Assembly (NCBI GenBank): GCA_943787795.1
Contig: CALSNU010000002.1
Coordinates: forward strand, 320,001 to 384,000
Direction: 5' to 3'
Origin: an uncultured bacterium
GTDB lineage: Bacteria > Planctomycetota > UBA1135 > GCA-002686595
DNA: 64,000 bases
Shown here: in pieces, positions 47,562-56,593 of the stretch
Numbering within the stretch: the first letter of the stretch is position 1
Layout of the letters: each line of letters opens with the position of its first letter
The notes under the pieces: model-generated
What the model was told of the DNA's origin: nothing
The model's input: the letters and a program-made list of their open reading frames with translations, nothing else
Database searches by the model: none
Position numbers and translations under genes: made by a program

Positions 47562-47678
47562 GGGCCACATGATGCCGTCTCCGCCAGGGACGGGGTGGGG
47601 GTGATCGAGGTCATCCTTGCGTTACCCCGCGGAACCCTCCGCTAAACTCCGAGGGGTGCCACCAAGGCTCCTTTCTTC

Positions 47679-49172
47679 ATGCTAAGAACCCTCCTGCTGA
47701 CCGCCGCCCTCGCCGCCTTCTCCACCGACCCGCTCGCCGCGCAGGTCCACTACTTCCCGGACGGCAACCCCTGGAAGCGACAGGCCCGCAAGGGACCCGA
47801 CGCCGAGGTGGAGGGCTGGCTCTATAACCTCGGCGTGACGGGCATCCGGGTGAAGCTCGTGGAGGAAGAGCCGACCCACCTGGTGGTCGGTCACGTGTTC
47901 AAGGACAGCCCCGCGGAGGGGAAGATCCGCATCGGGGACCACATCGTCGGCGCCCGCGGCTTCGACTTCGAGACGCCGCACCGCAACGGCTACGGCATGA
48001 AGGTCTTCGGACCCCAGGGCCCCATCGAGGACTTCGCCGACGCCCTGGACCGCGCGCTGCAGTCCAAGAAGCACGTCCTCAAGCTCAAGGTCGAGCGGGA
48101 CGGCAAGCGCAAGCCGGTGGACCTGAAGCTCTCCAAGAAGATCGATCCCTACGCCAAGTCCTTCCCCTTCGACTGCGATCGCACCGAGGAGGTGCTCGAG
48201 GGGCTCTACGAGGTCCTCGTGGAGAACCAGCGGCAGAACGGGTCCTTCGGCGACCAGGTCCTCGACACCTTCGCGCCCCTCGCCCTGCTCTCCAGCGGCG
48301 AGCGCAAGTACAGAAAGGCCGTCGAGCGCAACGTCCGCTTCCACGCCCAGAACACCTCGCGCGAGGACACCTCCGGGCTCGTGAACTGGAAGTACATGGC
48401 CGCGGCCATCGTCATGAGCGAGTGGTACCTCGAGACCGGGGACCGCTGGGTCATCGAGGAGCTCCAGGAGGTCTACGACTTCCTCTGCACCACCCAGTAC
48501 CTCGACCTCTCCCAGGTGAGCGAGAAGGTCAAGGAGAGCCACCCCGACGCCTACCCCAAGAACGCCAGCCAGCAGCACGGGGGCTGGGGCCACAACCCCG
48601 GCTTCGAGGGCTACGGCCCCATCGCGATGATCACGGGTCAGGGCGCCCTCGCCTTCTCGATGATGAAGCAGTGTGGCATCGAGGTGGACGAGACCCGCCA
48701 CCGCGCCGCCTACGACTTCCTCAGCCGGGGCACTGGGAGCAACGGCTACGTCTGGTACGGCGACTCCGTGGCGGGCGAGACCAACTGGGCCGACATGGGC
48801 CGCACCGGCGCCTCGTGCATCGCCCACCTGATGAGCCCCTTCCGCGGGCACAAGAAGCTCGCCAGGCAGAACATCGCCATCATGTCGGAGCAGCCCGACA
48901 GCTTCCCCGACACCCACGCCTCGCCGCTGATGGGCATGGGCTACGGGGCTCTCGGGACCTTCGGGGACCAGAAGGCCTTCAAGAGCCTCATGGCCTCGAA
49001 CCGCTGGTGGTTCCTGCTCTCAGAGTGCCCCGACGGCACCTTTAGCTACCAGCCGAACCGCGACAGCAACGGCTACGGCAACTCCTCCAGGCTCCTGGCC
49101 ACCGCGACCACCGCCTTCATCCTGTCTCTCCCCCAGGAGAACCTGGTGATGACGGGCAAGCGCCCCCGCTGA
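47679..49172 (+). CDS. Secreted PDZ plus alpha/alpha-barrel protein (DUF6288-like)
   Basis: Signal peptide, NLGVTG, PDZ-like DSPAEGKIRIGDHIVG, QRQNGSF, HGGWGH and GYG motifs. Confidence 0.7.
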   Translation: MLRTLLLTAALAAFSTDPLAAQVHYFPDGNPWKRQARKGPDAEVEGWLYNLGVTGIRVKLVEEEPTHLVVGHVFKDSPAEGKIRIGDHIVGARGFDFETPHRNGYGMKVFGPQGPIEDFADALDRALQSKKHVLKLKVERDGKRKPVDLKLSKKIDPYAKSFPFDCDRTEEVLEGLYEVLVENQRQNGSFGDQVLDTFAPLALLSSGERKYRKAVERNVRFHAQNTSREDTSGLVNWKYMAAAIVMSEWYLETGDRWVIEELQEVYDFLCTTQYLDLSQVSEKVKESHPDAYPKNASQQHGGWGHNPGFEGYGPIAMITGQGALAFSMMKQCGIEVDETRHRAAYDFLSRGTGSNGYVWYGDSVAGETNWADMGRTGASCIAHLMSPFRGHKKLARQNIAIMSEQPDSFPDTHASPLMGMGYGALGTFGDQKAFKSLMASNRWWFLLSECPDGTFSYQPNRDSNGYGNSSRLLATATTAFILSLPQENLVMTGKRPR

Positions 49173-49297
49173 TCCGGCCCTGGACCGAGTGGCCCCCCCC
49201 GCCCACGGTTAGGCTTGACCTCTGAGTCCCCCCCAATTCTGCGCGTGGCGGCCCGCTCCCCCGGGTCCGAGCGACGAGGCGACCTCCACCCCGCCCG

Positions 49298-50899
49298 ATG
49301 ATGCGAGACCTACCTGCTCTGCTGTGCGCCACCGTCGCCGCCGTCGCCGCCGCCGCCCTCGGCTGTCGAGCGATGACCGAGCCATCGCCCCTCCCCTTGG
49401 AACGGGCCTCAGGGCACGTCGAGGCCTGGCTCGACAGCCACCGGGATCAACCGCCCATGGTCCGGGCCTTCGTCCAGCGGATGCCCAAGGGCGGGGACCT
49501 GCACAACCACCTCAGCGGCGCCGTGTACGCAGAGGCGTACGTGAAGTGGGGCGCGGCGGCCAACTACTCCCTGGACCCCGCAACGAACGCGCTGATCCCG
49601 CCCGGCTCCCACGCGCCCGGGATGATCCGCCTGCGCGATGTCCTGGAGGATGCGACCGCCTACAGCAAGCTCATCGATCACCTGTCCACGCGGAACCTCG
49701 CCTACGACGGCCAGTCCGGCCACGACCAGTTCTTCCAGACCTTCGGCGAGTTCGGATCGGTCTCCTGGAACCACGGCGCAGACATGATCGCCAGGCTCGC
49801 CAGCCGCGCCGCCGACGAGCACATCCAGTACCTGGAGCTGATGGTGACCGTTCACTCGGAGAGCATGGACGCCGCGCTCAAGGCGGACACCTCGGGCCTG
49901 AGGGAGGCCCTCGGCGCAGCAGGGAGCAGCACCCCTCCAGCGCAGCCCGACTTCGCCAAGGCGCTCGGACGCCTGGACCAGCTCGGGCTGTCGCAGTGGA
50001 TCGAGGAGGGGCGCGCCAGCCTCGAGACCATGAGCCGGTCCGCTCGCTCCAAGCTCGAGCAGGGCGACCGAGGGCGTGACGTCCACATCCGGTACCTCCA
50101 GCAGTCCAACCGCGTCCTGGAGCCCGAGCAGGTGTTCGCTCAGCTCGCCTTCGCCTTCGCGCTGGCCGAGGCGGACCCGCGGGTGGTCGGCATCAACCTG
50201 GTCGCCCCGGAAGACAACCGCGTCGCGCTGCGTGACTACACGCTACACATGCAGATGGTCCGGTTCCTGGGCACGCGGCACCCCGGCGTGGGGGTCGCCC
50301 TCCACGCCGGCGAGCTCACCCTCGGCCTTGTCCCGCCGAGCGATCTGCGCTTCCACATCCGGCAAGCCGTGGAGATCGCCGGCGCCCGACGCATCGGGCA
50401 CGGCGTCGATGTGTTCTACGAGGACCGAGCCTTCGAGCTCCTGGAGCACATGCGAGACGACCGGATCGCTGTCGAGATCTGCCTCACGAGCAACGATGTC
50501 ATCCTGGGCGTCGAGGGTCGGAACCACCCCTTCCTTCACTATCGCGCGGCCGGGGTGCCCGCCGTGCTCGCATCGGACGACGCCGGGGTCTCCCGGATCG
50601 ACCTGAGCAACGAGTACCTGCGCGCGGTCCGGGACTACGGGCTCGGCTACGAGGACCTGAAGGAGCTCTCCCGCAACAGCCTGGAGTACAGCTTCATCCC
50701 GGGCGAGAGCCTGTGGGAGACCACGAGCCCGTTCACCATGGTCGAGGCCTGCGCAGGTGATGAGCCAGGCGCAGACGCCTGCACACCGGCCTGCCGCGCC
50801 TTCCTCGACGCCAGCGAACGGGCGGCGCAGCAGTGGCGACTCGAGGCGGCCTTCGTAGAGTTTGAACGCCTGCCCTGGCTGCAGCCGAGCGCTGATTGA
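49298..50899 (+). CDS. Adenosine deaminase family protein, exported (lipoprotein-like)
   Basis: MPKGGDLHNHLSG, LHAGEL, RIGHG, EICLTSN and SDD. N-terminal AAALGC. Confidence 0.88.
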   Translation: MMRDLPALLCATVAAVAAAALGCRAMTEPSPLPLERASGHVEAWLDSHRDQPPMVRAFVQRMPKGGDLHNHLSGAVYAEAYVKWGAAANYSLDPATNALIPPGSHAPGMIRLRDVLEDATAYSKLIDHLSTRNLAYDGQSGHDQFFQTFGEFGSVSWNHGADMIARLASRAADEHIQYLELMVTVHSESMDAALKADTSGLREALGAAGSSTPPAQPDFAKALGRLDQLGLSQWIEEGRASLETMSRSARSKLEQGDRGRDVHIRYLQQSNRVLEPEQVFAQLAFAFALAEADPRVVGINLVAPEDNRVALRDYTLHMQMVRFLGTRHPGVGVALHAGELTLGLVPPSDLRFHIRQAVEIAGARRIGHGVDVFYEDRAFELLEHMRDDRIAVEICLTSNDVILGVEGRNHPFLHYRAAGVPAVLASDDAGVSRIDLSNEYLRAVRDYGLGYEDLKELSRNSLEYSFIPGESLWETTSPFTMVEACAGDEPGADACTPACRAFLDASERAAQQWRLEAAFVEFERLPWLQPSAD

Positions 50900-51004
50900 G
50901 CCCTCCCGTCCCGCCAGCGGGGCCCTCATCGGCGCGCGGTCGCCGGCTCTCGCGCGAGAGCCCATCACGACGCGGAGCCCCCTCCACTCACACAGCCGCT
51001 GACC

Positions 51005-51913
51005 ATGACTCCTCGAGAAGGGCGCCCGAGGACGGGGCTCACCCCCGCGCTCGGGGCCGCCATCGGGTGCGCGGTCATCTGGGGGGTCAACGTGCCGGTG
51101 ATGAAGGCGGGCCTGCAGGAGGTCGATCCGTTCTTCTTCAACGCGGCGCGGCTGACGTTGAGCGCGGCGGCGCTCGGGCTCCTGGATGCTGCGGAGCGGC
51201 GGGGGCGGGCCAAGGTGCCAACGCCTTGGCGGAAGGTGGTCACCCTGGGCCTGCTCTCGAGCCTCGTGTACCAGGTGCTGTTCCTGCTGGGGATGGACGC
51301 GACGAGCGCTGGCAACACCGCGATCATCGTCGCCAGCGGGCCGCTCTGGACCGCCATCATCGAGAGCCTGATGGGCGTCGACCGACACCCGGGCCGGGCC
51401 TGGGGAGCCCTCGGGGTGGCGTTCGTGGGCACCATGCTGGTGACCCTGACGGGGATCGATGATCCGACTGGCGGCGCGACGCTGCTGGGCAACCTCGTGA
51501 TGCTCGCCGCCATGGGGACCTGGGCCTTCGCCACGGTGCTCAGCCGGCCGCTGCTCGAGACGTTCCCCGCCACGCGGCTGGCGTTCCTGGCGGTGCTCGT
51601 CTCGCTCCCCGGACACTGGGCCCTCGCGCTGCCGGGGCTCGACCTGTCCTCGGTCGGGCGGCCCGGCTTCGTGGCGTCCACCATCGCCTACTCCGGGATC
51701 CTCTCCACGGGCGTGGCGTACGCGCTCTGGAACCGCTCGGTGAAGGACCTCGGCGCGGCGCGCACCGCCGCGTTCAGCAACCTCGTGCCCGTGGTCGCGC
51801 TGGCCGTGGCATGGGTCTACCTCGGGGAGCAGCCGCGCCTCCTGCAGCTCGCCGGCGGCGCGCTCGTGGTGGCGGGGCTGCTCATGTGGCGCACGGCGCG
51901 CCGGTCCACCTAG
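51005..51913 (+). CDS. DMT/EamA family transporter
   Basis: About 10 TM segments, IWGVN and FSNLVPVVA..LGE. Confidence 0.88.
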   Translation: MTPREGRPRTGLTPALGAAIGCAVIWGVNVPVMKAGLQEVDPFFFNAARLTLSAAALGLLDAAERRGRAKVPTPWRKVVTLGLLSSLVYQVLFLLGMDATSAGNTAIIVASGPLWTAIIESLMGVDRHPGRAWGALGVAFVGTMLVTLTGIDDPTGGATLLGNLVMLAAMGTWAFATVLSRPLLETFPATRLAFLAVLVSLPGHWALALPGLDLSSVGRPGFVASTIAYSGILSTGVAYALWNRSVKDLGAARTAAFSNLVPVVALAVAWVYLGEQPRLLQLAGGALVVAGLLMWRTARRST

Positions 51914-51915
51914 GT

Positions 51916-51954
51916 CGAGCGCCCCCCTCCGCGTGCATCGGAGGGGGGCGCTCG
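51916..51954. terminator. Hairpin between convergent genes
   Basis: CGAGCGCCCCCCTCCG-N7-CGGAGGGGGGCGCTCG. Confidence 0.65.
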
Positions 51955-52049
51955 GGGTGGGGCTTCGCGTCTGAGAACCGCGTCGCCCCGAGGAGAGAGA
52001 GAGGAGGGATCCTGCTCGCGCGGGCCGCCTTGGGCAGCCCACGTTGGGC

Positions 52050-52289
52050 TCAGGCGCTCATGCGGCGCTGGGCGACGGCGGTCTGCCGACGGCCGTCCTT
52101 GCGGGGGCGGCCCCCCTTGGGCTTGCGGGCTTCCATGCGCTCCTGGAAGGTGCCCCAGTCAGCCTCGGACATGAGGCGCACCTCGCCTCCACACTCGATG
52201 CAGTAGCTGCGGTCGATGCTGGCGAGGTAGCGGACGTAGGTCTCGCAGCAGGGGCAGTACTTGGTGTCGTTGTGGAAGGTGTTGCTCAT
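52050..52289 (-). CDS. Small Zn-ribbon protein with an AT-hook-like basic tail (79 aa)
   Basis: MSNTFHNDTKYCPCC...YCIECGG...KPKGGRPRK with high-GC codon bias. Confidence 0.72.
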   Translation of the reverse strand: MSNTFHNDTKYCPCCETYVRYLASIDRSYCIECGGEVRLMSEADWGTFQERMEARKPKGGRPRKDGRRQTAVAQRRMSA

Positions 52290-52442
52290 GGTGGTGCTCG
52301 TTGTTCGGTGCGGCGGACGAGGGAACAGGGAGCACAGCGGTTGCCAGGTGGCCGATGGCTCCCCCAAGGAAGCCGCAAATGAAATCAGCGCAACGGCTTA
52401 CGTCTCCCGCGCCGCCCCGGACGCCCCTGACCCCCGCACGGA

Positions 52443-52633
52443 CCGCGTCCATTCCCATGGACACGGATGGCGCACTCGAGCACCCAACTGTCGCCGGCCA
52501 GGCCCCGTTCGACCGGCGCAGCCGGGCAAGAAGACGCCTCAAGGCACTCCAAACAAGCATCTTGCGTCGCGCCGACGGCGCACGTCCAACCCGATGGACG
52601 TGACCGGGCCCCACGTCCACTTTTGTCGACGCC
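52443..52633. promoter_or_regulatory. Three copies of a palindromic operator-like motif CGTCCA-N6-TGGAC
   Basis: 52446-52463 CGTCCA-TTCCCA-TGGACA; 52581-52602 CACGTCCA-ACCCGA-TGGACGTG; 52612-52631 CACGTCCA-CTTTTG-TCGACG. Confidence 0.55.
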
Positions 52634-52679
52634 CCGGAAGCCGGCCCCGGAAGCCAAACCCGGGAGGGGCGGCGCCGCT

Positions 52680-53570
52680 ATGGTCAGCGCCGTGATTCAG
52701 TACGAAGGCACCCTCTACCGTCCCCCCTCCGAGGCGGACAGCCTGATCCTGCAGGCGACCATCGGCTGCTCGTACAACCGGTGCACCTTCTGCGCCATGT
52801 ACCGGGAGAAGCGCTTCCGCGTCCGCCCCATGGACGAGCTGGTCCAGGAGATCGCCTGGGCGCGCCAGCACCTGGGCGACGTGCGCAAGGTCTTCCTCGC
52901 CGACGGGGACGCCCTCGTCGCCAAGACCCGCTTCCTCTCCGAGCTGCTCGGCCACCTCGGCGAGGCGTTCCCAGACCTGCGGCGCGTCTCCGCCTACGCC
53001 TCCCCCCAGTCCATCGAGATCCGCACCGACGCGGAGCTGCACCAGCTGCGCGAGGAGGGGCTCACCCAGCTCTACCTCGGCGTGGAGTCCGGCGACGACG
53101 AGGTGCTCACCTGGCTCGACAAGGGCGTCGACGCCGAGGACATGATCCGCCTGGGCCGCAAGGCCTCGGCGGCGGGCATGAAGCTCTCCACCATGATCCT
53201 GCTGGGCGCCGGCAACCGGGCCCGTTCGCTGGAGCACGCCCGCGAGAGCGCACGGGTCATTAACGGCATCCAGCCGCGCTTCGTCAGCACGCTGGTCATG
53301 ACGCCAGTGGAGGGGACGCCGCTCATGGACTCGGCCAACGCGGGCGAGGTGGACGAGCTGACCCCCACCGAGCTCGCGCGGGAGCTGCGGGAGTTCATCG
53401 AGCACCTCGACCTGGAGAGCTCGATCTTCCGCTCCAACCACGCGTCGAACACCCTGGCCCTCAAGGGCGTCTTCCCGAAGGACCGCGAGGCCCTGCTCGA
53501 GGTGCTGGACAGCGTCCTCGAACGCCCCGACCGCGCGCCCTTCGTCCCGAACTGGCTGCGCGCCCTCTGA
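52680..53570 (+). CDS. Radical SAM protein
   Basis: YEGTLYRPPSEADSLILQATIGCSYNRCTFC (CxxxCxxC), FLADGD, YLGVESG and FRSNHASN. Confidence 0.92.
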   Translation: MVSAVIQYEGTLYRPPSEADSLILQATIGCSYNRCTFCAMYREKRFRVRPMDELVQEIAWARQHLGDVRKVFLADGDALVAKTRFLSELLGHLGEAFPDLRRVSAYASPQSIEIRTDAELHQLREEGLTQLYLGVESGDDEVLTWLDKGVDAEDMIRLGRKASAAGMKLSTMILLGAGNRARSLEHARESARVINGIQPRFVSTLVMTPVEGTPLMDSANAGEVDELTPTELARELREFIEHLDLESSIFRSNHASNTLALKGVFPKDREALLEVLDSVLERPDRAPFVPNWLRAL

Positions 53571-53605
53571 GCCCTCTGAGCCCCTGAGCCCTCTGAGCCC
53601 TGAGC
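53562..53605. repeat. Short tandem repeat (GCCCTCTGA)x~5, degenerate
   Basis: GCCCTCTGA GCCCTCTGA GCCCCTGA GCCCTCTGA GCCCTGA, overlapping the radical SAM stop codon. Confidence 0.8.
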
Positions 53606-53620
53606 GCCCCCGGGGACCGG

Positions 53621-54260
53621 TCAGATCGTCGGGCTGGAGATCTGGTCGATGGGGACGTTGAGCAGCGCCCGCTCCTCCCACCCGTCGCAGTCGAAGTGCC
53701 ACCACTCCGAGCTGAGCACCCGGAAGCCCTGGGCCGCCATGGCCTCGATCAGGACGCGACGGTTGGTGCGCATGGGCTCGAGCACCTCGGCGTCCGCCCG
53801 CGCCTCCGGGACGAAGGCGTCGAAGTCCGTGGGCATCGGGAGCCGGCTGGCCCCGCCCGTCCACGAGCGTCACGTCCACGGCCATGCCCCGGTTGTGCCG
53901 CGACCCCTTGCTCGGGTCGGCCACGTAGTCGGGGTCACCGATCACCTCCCACATGCGCTGGGTCACCGACCAGGGCCGGTACCCGTCGAAGACCATCAGG
54001 CCCATGCCCTGGGACTCGAGGGCCGACTGCACGCGAGAGAGGCGCTCCATGGCCGAGCGCCGCAGGAAGATGCGCGGCTCGGGGTAGAGGGTCTCCCCCA
54101 CGAAGTTGTCCGGGGTGGCGTAGACCGCGAGCACGCGAATCCGCGAGTCCATGGCGGCCACCTCCACCAGGGGATCCTCGGTCGGCGGCACGGTCTCGAG
54201 GACGAGGCCCGTCGAGGCGCAGGACGAAAGGGCTAGGAGCAGGGGCGCGAGGAGCTTCAT
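53621..54260 (-). pseudogene. ddpX: D-alanyl-D-alanine dipeptidase (VanX/DdpX, M15) lipoprotein, frameshifted near 53845
   Basis: The N-terminal half (YATPDNF, FDGYRPWSV, GSRHNRGMAVDVTL) and C-terminal half (MPTDFD..., SEWWHFD) are in different frames, with one extra base in CAGCCGGCTCCCGATG. Confidence 0.8.
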
Positions 54261-56554
54261 CGGGCGTCGGGGTAGATGAGGTAGGGCTGGCGCAGGCGGC
54301 GGAACGCCTCGACGTCAGGCGCCCATGAGCCCGGGACGGAGCGCCAGTCGGGCGAGAGGAGCAGGGCCTCCCAGGTGGACGCCGAGCGCAGCCGCGCGTC
54401 CCCATCCGCCGCGTCGAAGGCGCGACCGAAGAGTCGGTCCAGGTGCCACATGATCGCGAGGCCAGAGGCGACCGGCCGCAGGGCGCCGCGGTCCGTCACC
54501 GTCACGTGCACGCCCTGGCACAGCTCGTCCTTGAACTTGGAGGCGTCGGGGGTGAACTCGATGGGCGTGAACTCGAGCCCCGGGAGCGCCGCGGCCCGCA
54601 GGGCGTCGCACAGGCGCGGGCCGTCGATCCACGGGGCCCCGAAGAGCTCGAAGGGCTCATCGGTGCCGCGGCCCACCGAGAGGTTCGCGCCCTCGAGCAG
54701 CCCGGTACACGGGTAGAGGACCGTCTGGTCCGGGTTGCGCATGTTCGGCGAGGGGTTGATCCAGCGCACGCCGGTCTGCTCCCACCACATGTCCCGGGTC
54801 CACCCCGCCATGGGCACGACCTCGAGCTCGCACTCGATCCCGCCCCACTCCTCTCGGAACATCCGCGCAAGCTCCCCGACGGTCATGCCGTGGGTCACCG
54901 GCAGGGGGCGCCACCCGATGAAGGACTGGCGGTCCGCGTCGATGATCGGCCCCTCCACCCGGCGGCCCGTGATCGGATTCGGCCGGTCAAGCACGACCAC
55001 CCCCACCCCCGCCTCGCCGCAGGCCTCCATGGCGAGGCCGAGCGTCGAGATGTAGGTGTAGTAGCGCACCCCGATGTCCTGGATGTCGAAGACCACCGCG
55101 TCGATCCCCGCCAGCATCTCCGCCGTCGGCCGCCGGGTGGCGCCGTAGAGGCTGAAGACCGGCAGCCCCGTGGCCTCGTCCCGGCCGTCCCCCACGTCGC
55201 CCTCGAGCTTGGCGAAGAGGCCGTGCTCCGGGGAGAACAGGCGCACGAGCTCGACGCCGTCGGCCGAGTGCAGGGCGTCAATGGTCCGCCGCCCGTCCCG
55301 GCAGCGGCCGGTCACGTTGGTGATGAGCGCGAGGCGCCGCCCCTTGAGCCTGGCGAAGTCCTCATCGACGAGCACGTCCACGCCGGTCCTCACGTGGGGC
55401 GCGCCCGGCGCGGCGTCGACGCCGGCCGCGGCGGCCACCGCGTCTGCCACCGCCCGCCGTAGCGGGCTCATGGAAGGGCCGGGATCCACCTGGAGGCGAC
55501 TCACGAGCAGCAGATACCACACGCCCGACGACCGATCGACCCAGTAGCAAGGCCCCGTGAAGCCGGTGTGTCCGAGGGAGGCGTACCGAGGGAAGCGCGA
55601 GCCGCGCGGGGAGTCATAGGCCGACGCCACGTCGATCCCCAGCGCTCGCGCCACGGCGCCGCCCTCGAGGATGCGCGGGCGCACGAGCTCGGCGAGCGCG
55701 CCGGGCTCCAGGGGCGAGCCTTCCCCTGCAGCGCCGGCGAGCATGCCGCAGAAGCGCGAGAGGTCGGCCGCGGTGGAGAACACGCCGGCGTGCCCCGCCA
55801 CCCCGCCGAGCGCGCGCGCGCGCGGATCATGCACGACTCCACGCCCCGTTCCGTCCGGTGAGGTCGCGGCGCAACGGTCCAGGCGGTCGCCGTCGAGGGG
55901 ACCGTAGCTCGTCTCCCCCATGCCGAGCGGGCCGTGCACCTGGCGGGCGCAGAAGTCCTCAAGGGGTTCACCAGCCACCGCCTCCACGATCTCGCCCAGC
56001 AGGATGTACCCGAGGTCGCTGTAGATGAACTTCTCACCCGGCGGAGAGGAGAGCTCACGCGCGCAGATCCGCGCCACCGCCGCCGACGGACCGTCCGCGT
56101 AGTCGTCCAGATGGTTGACCGGCGAGAGCCCCCCCGTGTGGAGCAGGAGCTGCTCCACCGTGACCTCGTCCTTGCCTCCCCCCGTGAACGCCGGGACGAT
56201 CAACGAGACGCGATCGGTGAGCCGCAGCTTCCCTTGCTGGACCAGGACCATGATCGACGAGGAGGTCGCCACCGACTTGGTCAGGGACGCCAGATCGAAG
56301 ACCGTGTCGAGGGTCATGGGCACCCCCGGCGCACGCTCGCCGTGGGCGGAGCGGTGCAGGACGTCGGCGCCGCGGCCGACCACGAACACGGCGCCGGGGA
56401 TGGTCCCTGAGCCGATGGCCGCTTCGATCGTCCCGCAGGCCTCGGTGAAGTCGAGGCCAGGATTCGGGCCAGGATTCGGGTCAGGTTCCGGGGCGGAGTC
56501 TGGCGCGGGGGCGCTCTGGACGGCGAGGCTGAGGGCAGCGAGGACGGCGAACAT
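54257..56554 (-). CDS. Serine hydrolase (beta-lactamase-like) fused to DUF1343/NamZ exo-beta-N-acetylmuramidase domain
   Basis: FDLASLTK (SxxK), YSD and GHTGFTG, followed by LFSPEHG, FDIQDIGVRYYTY, LDRPNP and SVGRGT. Confidence 0.9.
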   Translation of the reverse strand: MFAVLAALSLAVQSAPAPDSAPEPDPNPGPNPGLDFTEACGTIEAAIGSGTIPGAVFVVGRGADVLHRSAHGERAPGVPMTLDTVFDLASLTKSVATSSSIMVLVQQGKLRLTDRVSLIVPAFTGGGKDEVTVEQLLLHTGGLSPVNHLDDYADGPSAAVARICARELSSPPGEKFIYSDLGYILLGEIVEAVAGEPLEDFCARQVHGPLGMGETSYGPLDGDRLDRCAATSPDGTGRGVVHDPRARALGGVAGHAGVFSTAADLSRFCGMLAGAAGEGSPLEPGALAELVRPRILEGGAVARALGIDVASAYDSPRGSRFPRYASLGHTGFTGPCYWVDRSSGVWYLLLVSRLQVDPGPSMSPLRRAVADAVAAAAGVDAAPGAPHVRTGVDVLVDEDFARLKGRRLALITNVTGRCRDGRRTIDALHSADGVELVRLFSPEHGLFAKLEGDVGDGRDEATGLPVFSLYGATRRPTAEMLAGIDAVVFDIQDIGVRYYTYISTLGLAMEACGEAGVGVVVLDRPNPITGRRVEGPIIDADRQSFIGWRPLPVTHGMTVGELARMFREEWGGIECELEVVPMAGWTRDMWWEQTGVRWINPSPNMRNPDQTVLYPCTGLLEGANLSVGRGTDEPFELFGAPWIDGPRLCDALRAAALPGLEFTPIEFTPDASKFKDELCQGVHVTVTDRGALRPVASGLAIMWHLDRLFGRAFDAADGDARLRSASTWEALLLSPDWRSVPGSWAPDVEAFRRLRQPYLIYPDAR

Positions 56555-56593
56555 GGGCCCCCTGTACCACAGACAGCCGGAAGTGGCCTCCGA

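Noticed and set aside
53562..53605. Tandem GCCCTCTGA repeat as a phase-variation or recoding signal
   Set aside because: It starts at the stop codon and lies in the intergenic gap, so length change would not alter either protein. Probably slippage.
52539..54260. 573-aa ORF as a long dipeptidase fusion
   Set aside because: Artefact of the frameshift. The extension is antisense to the radical SAM gene.
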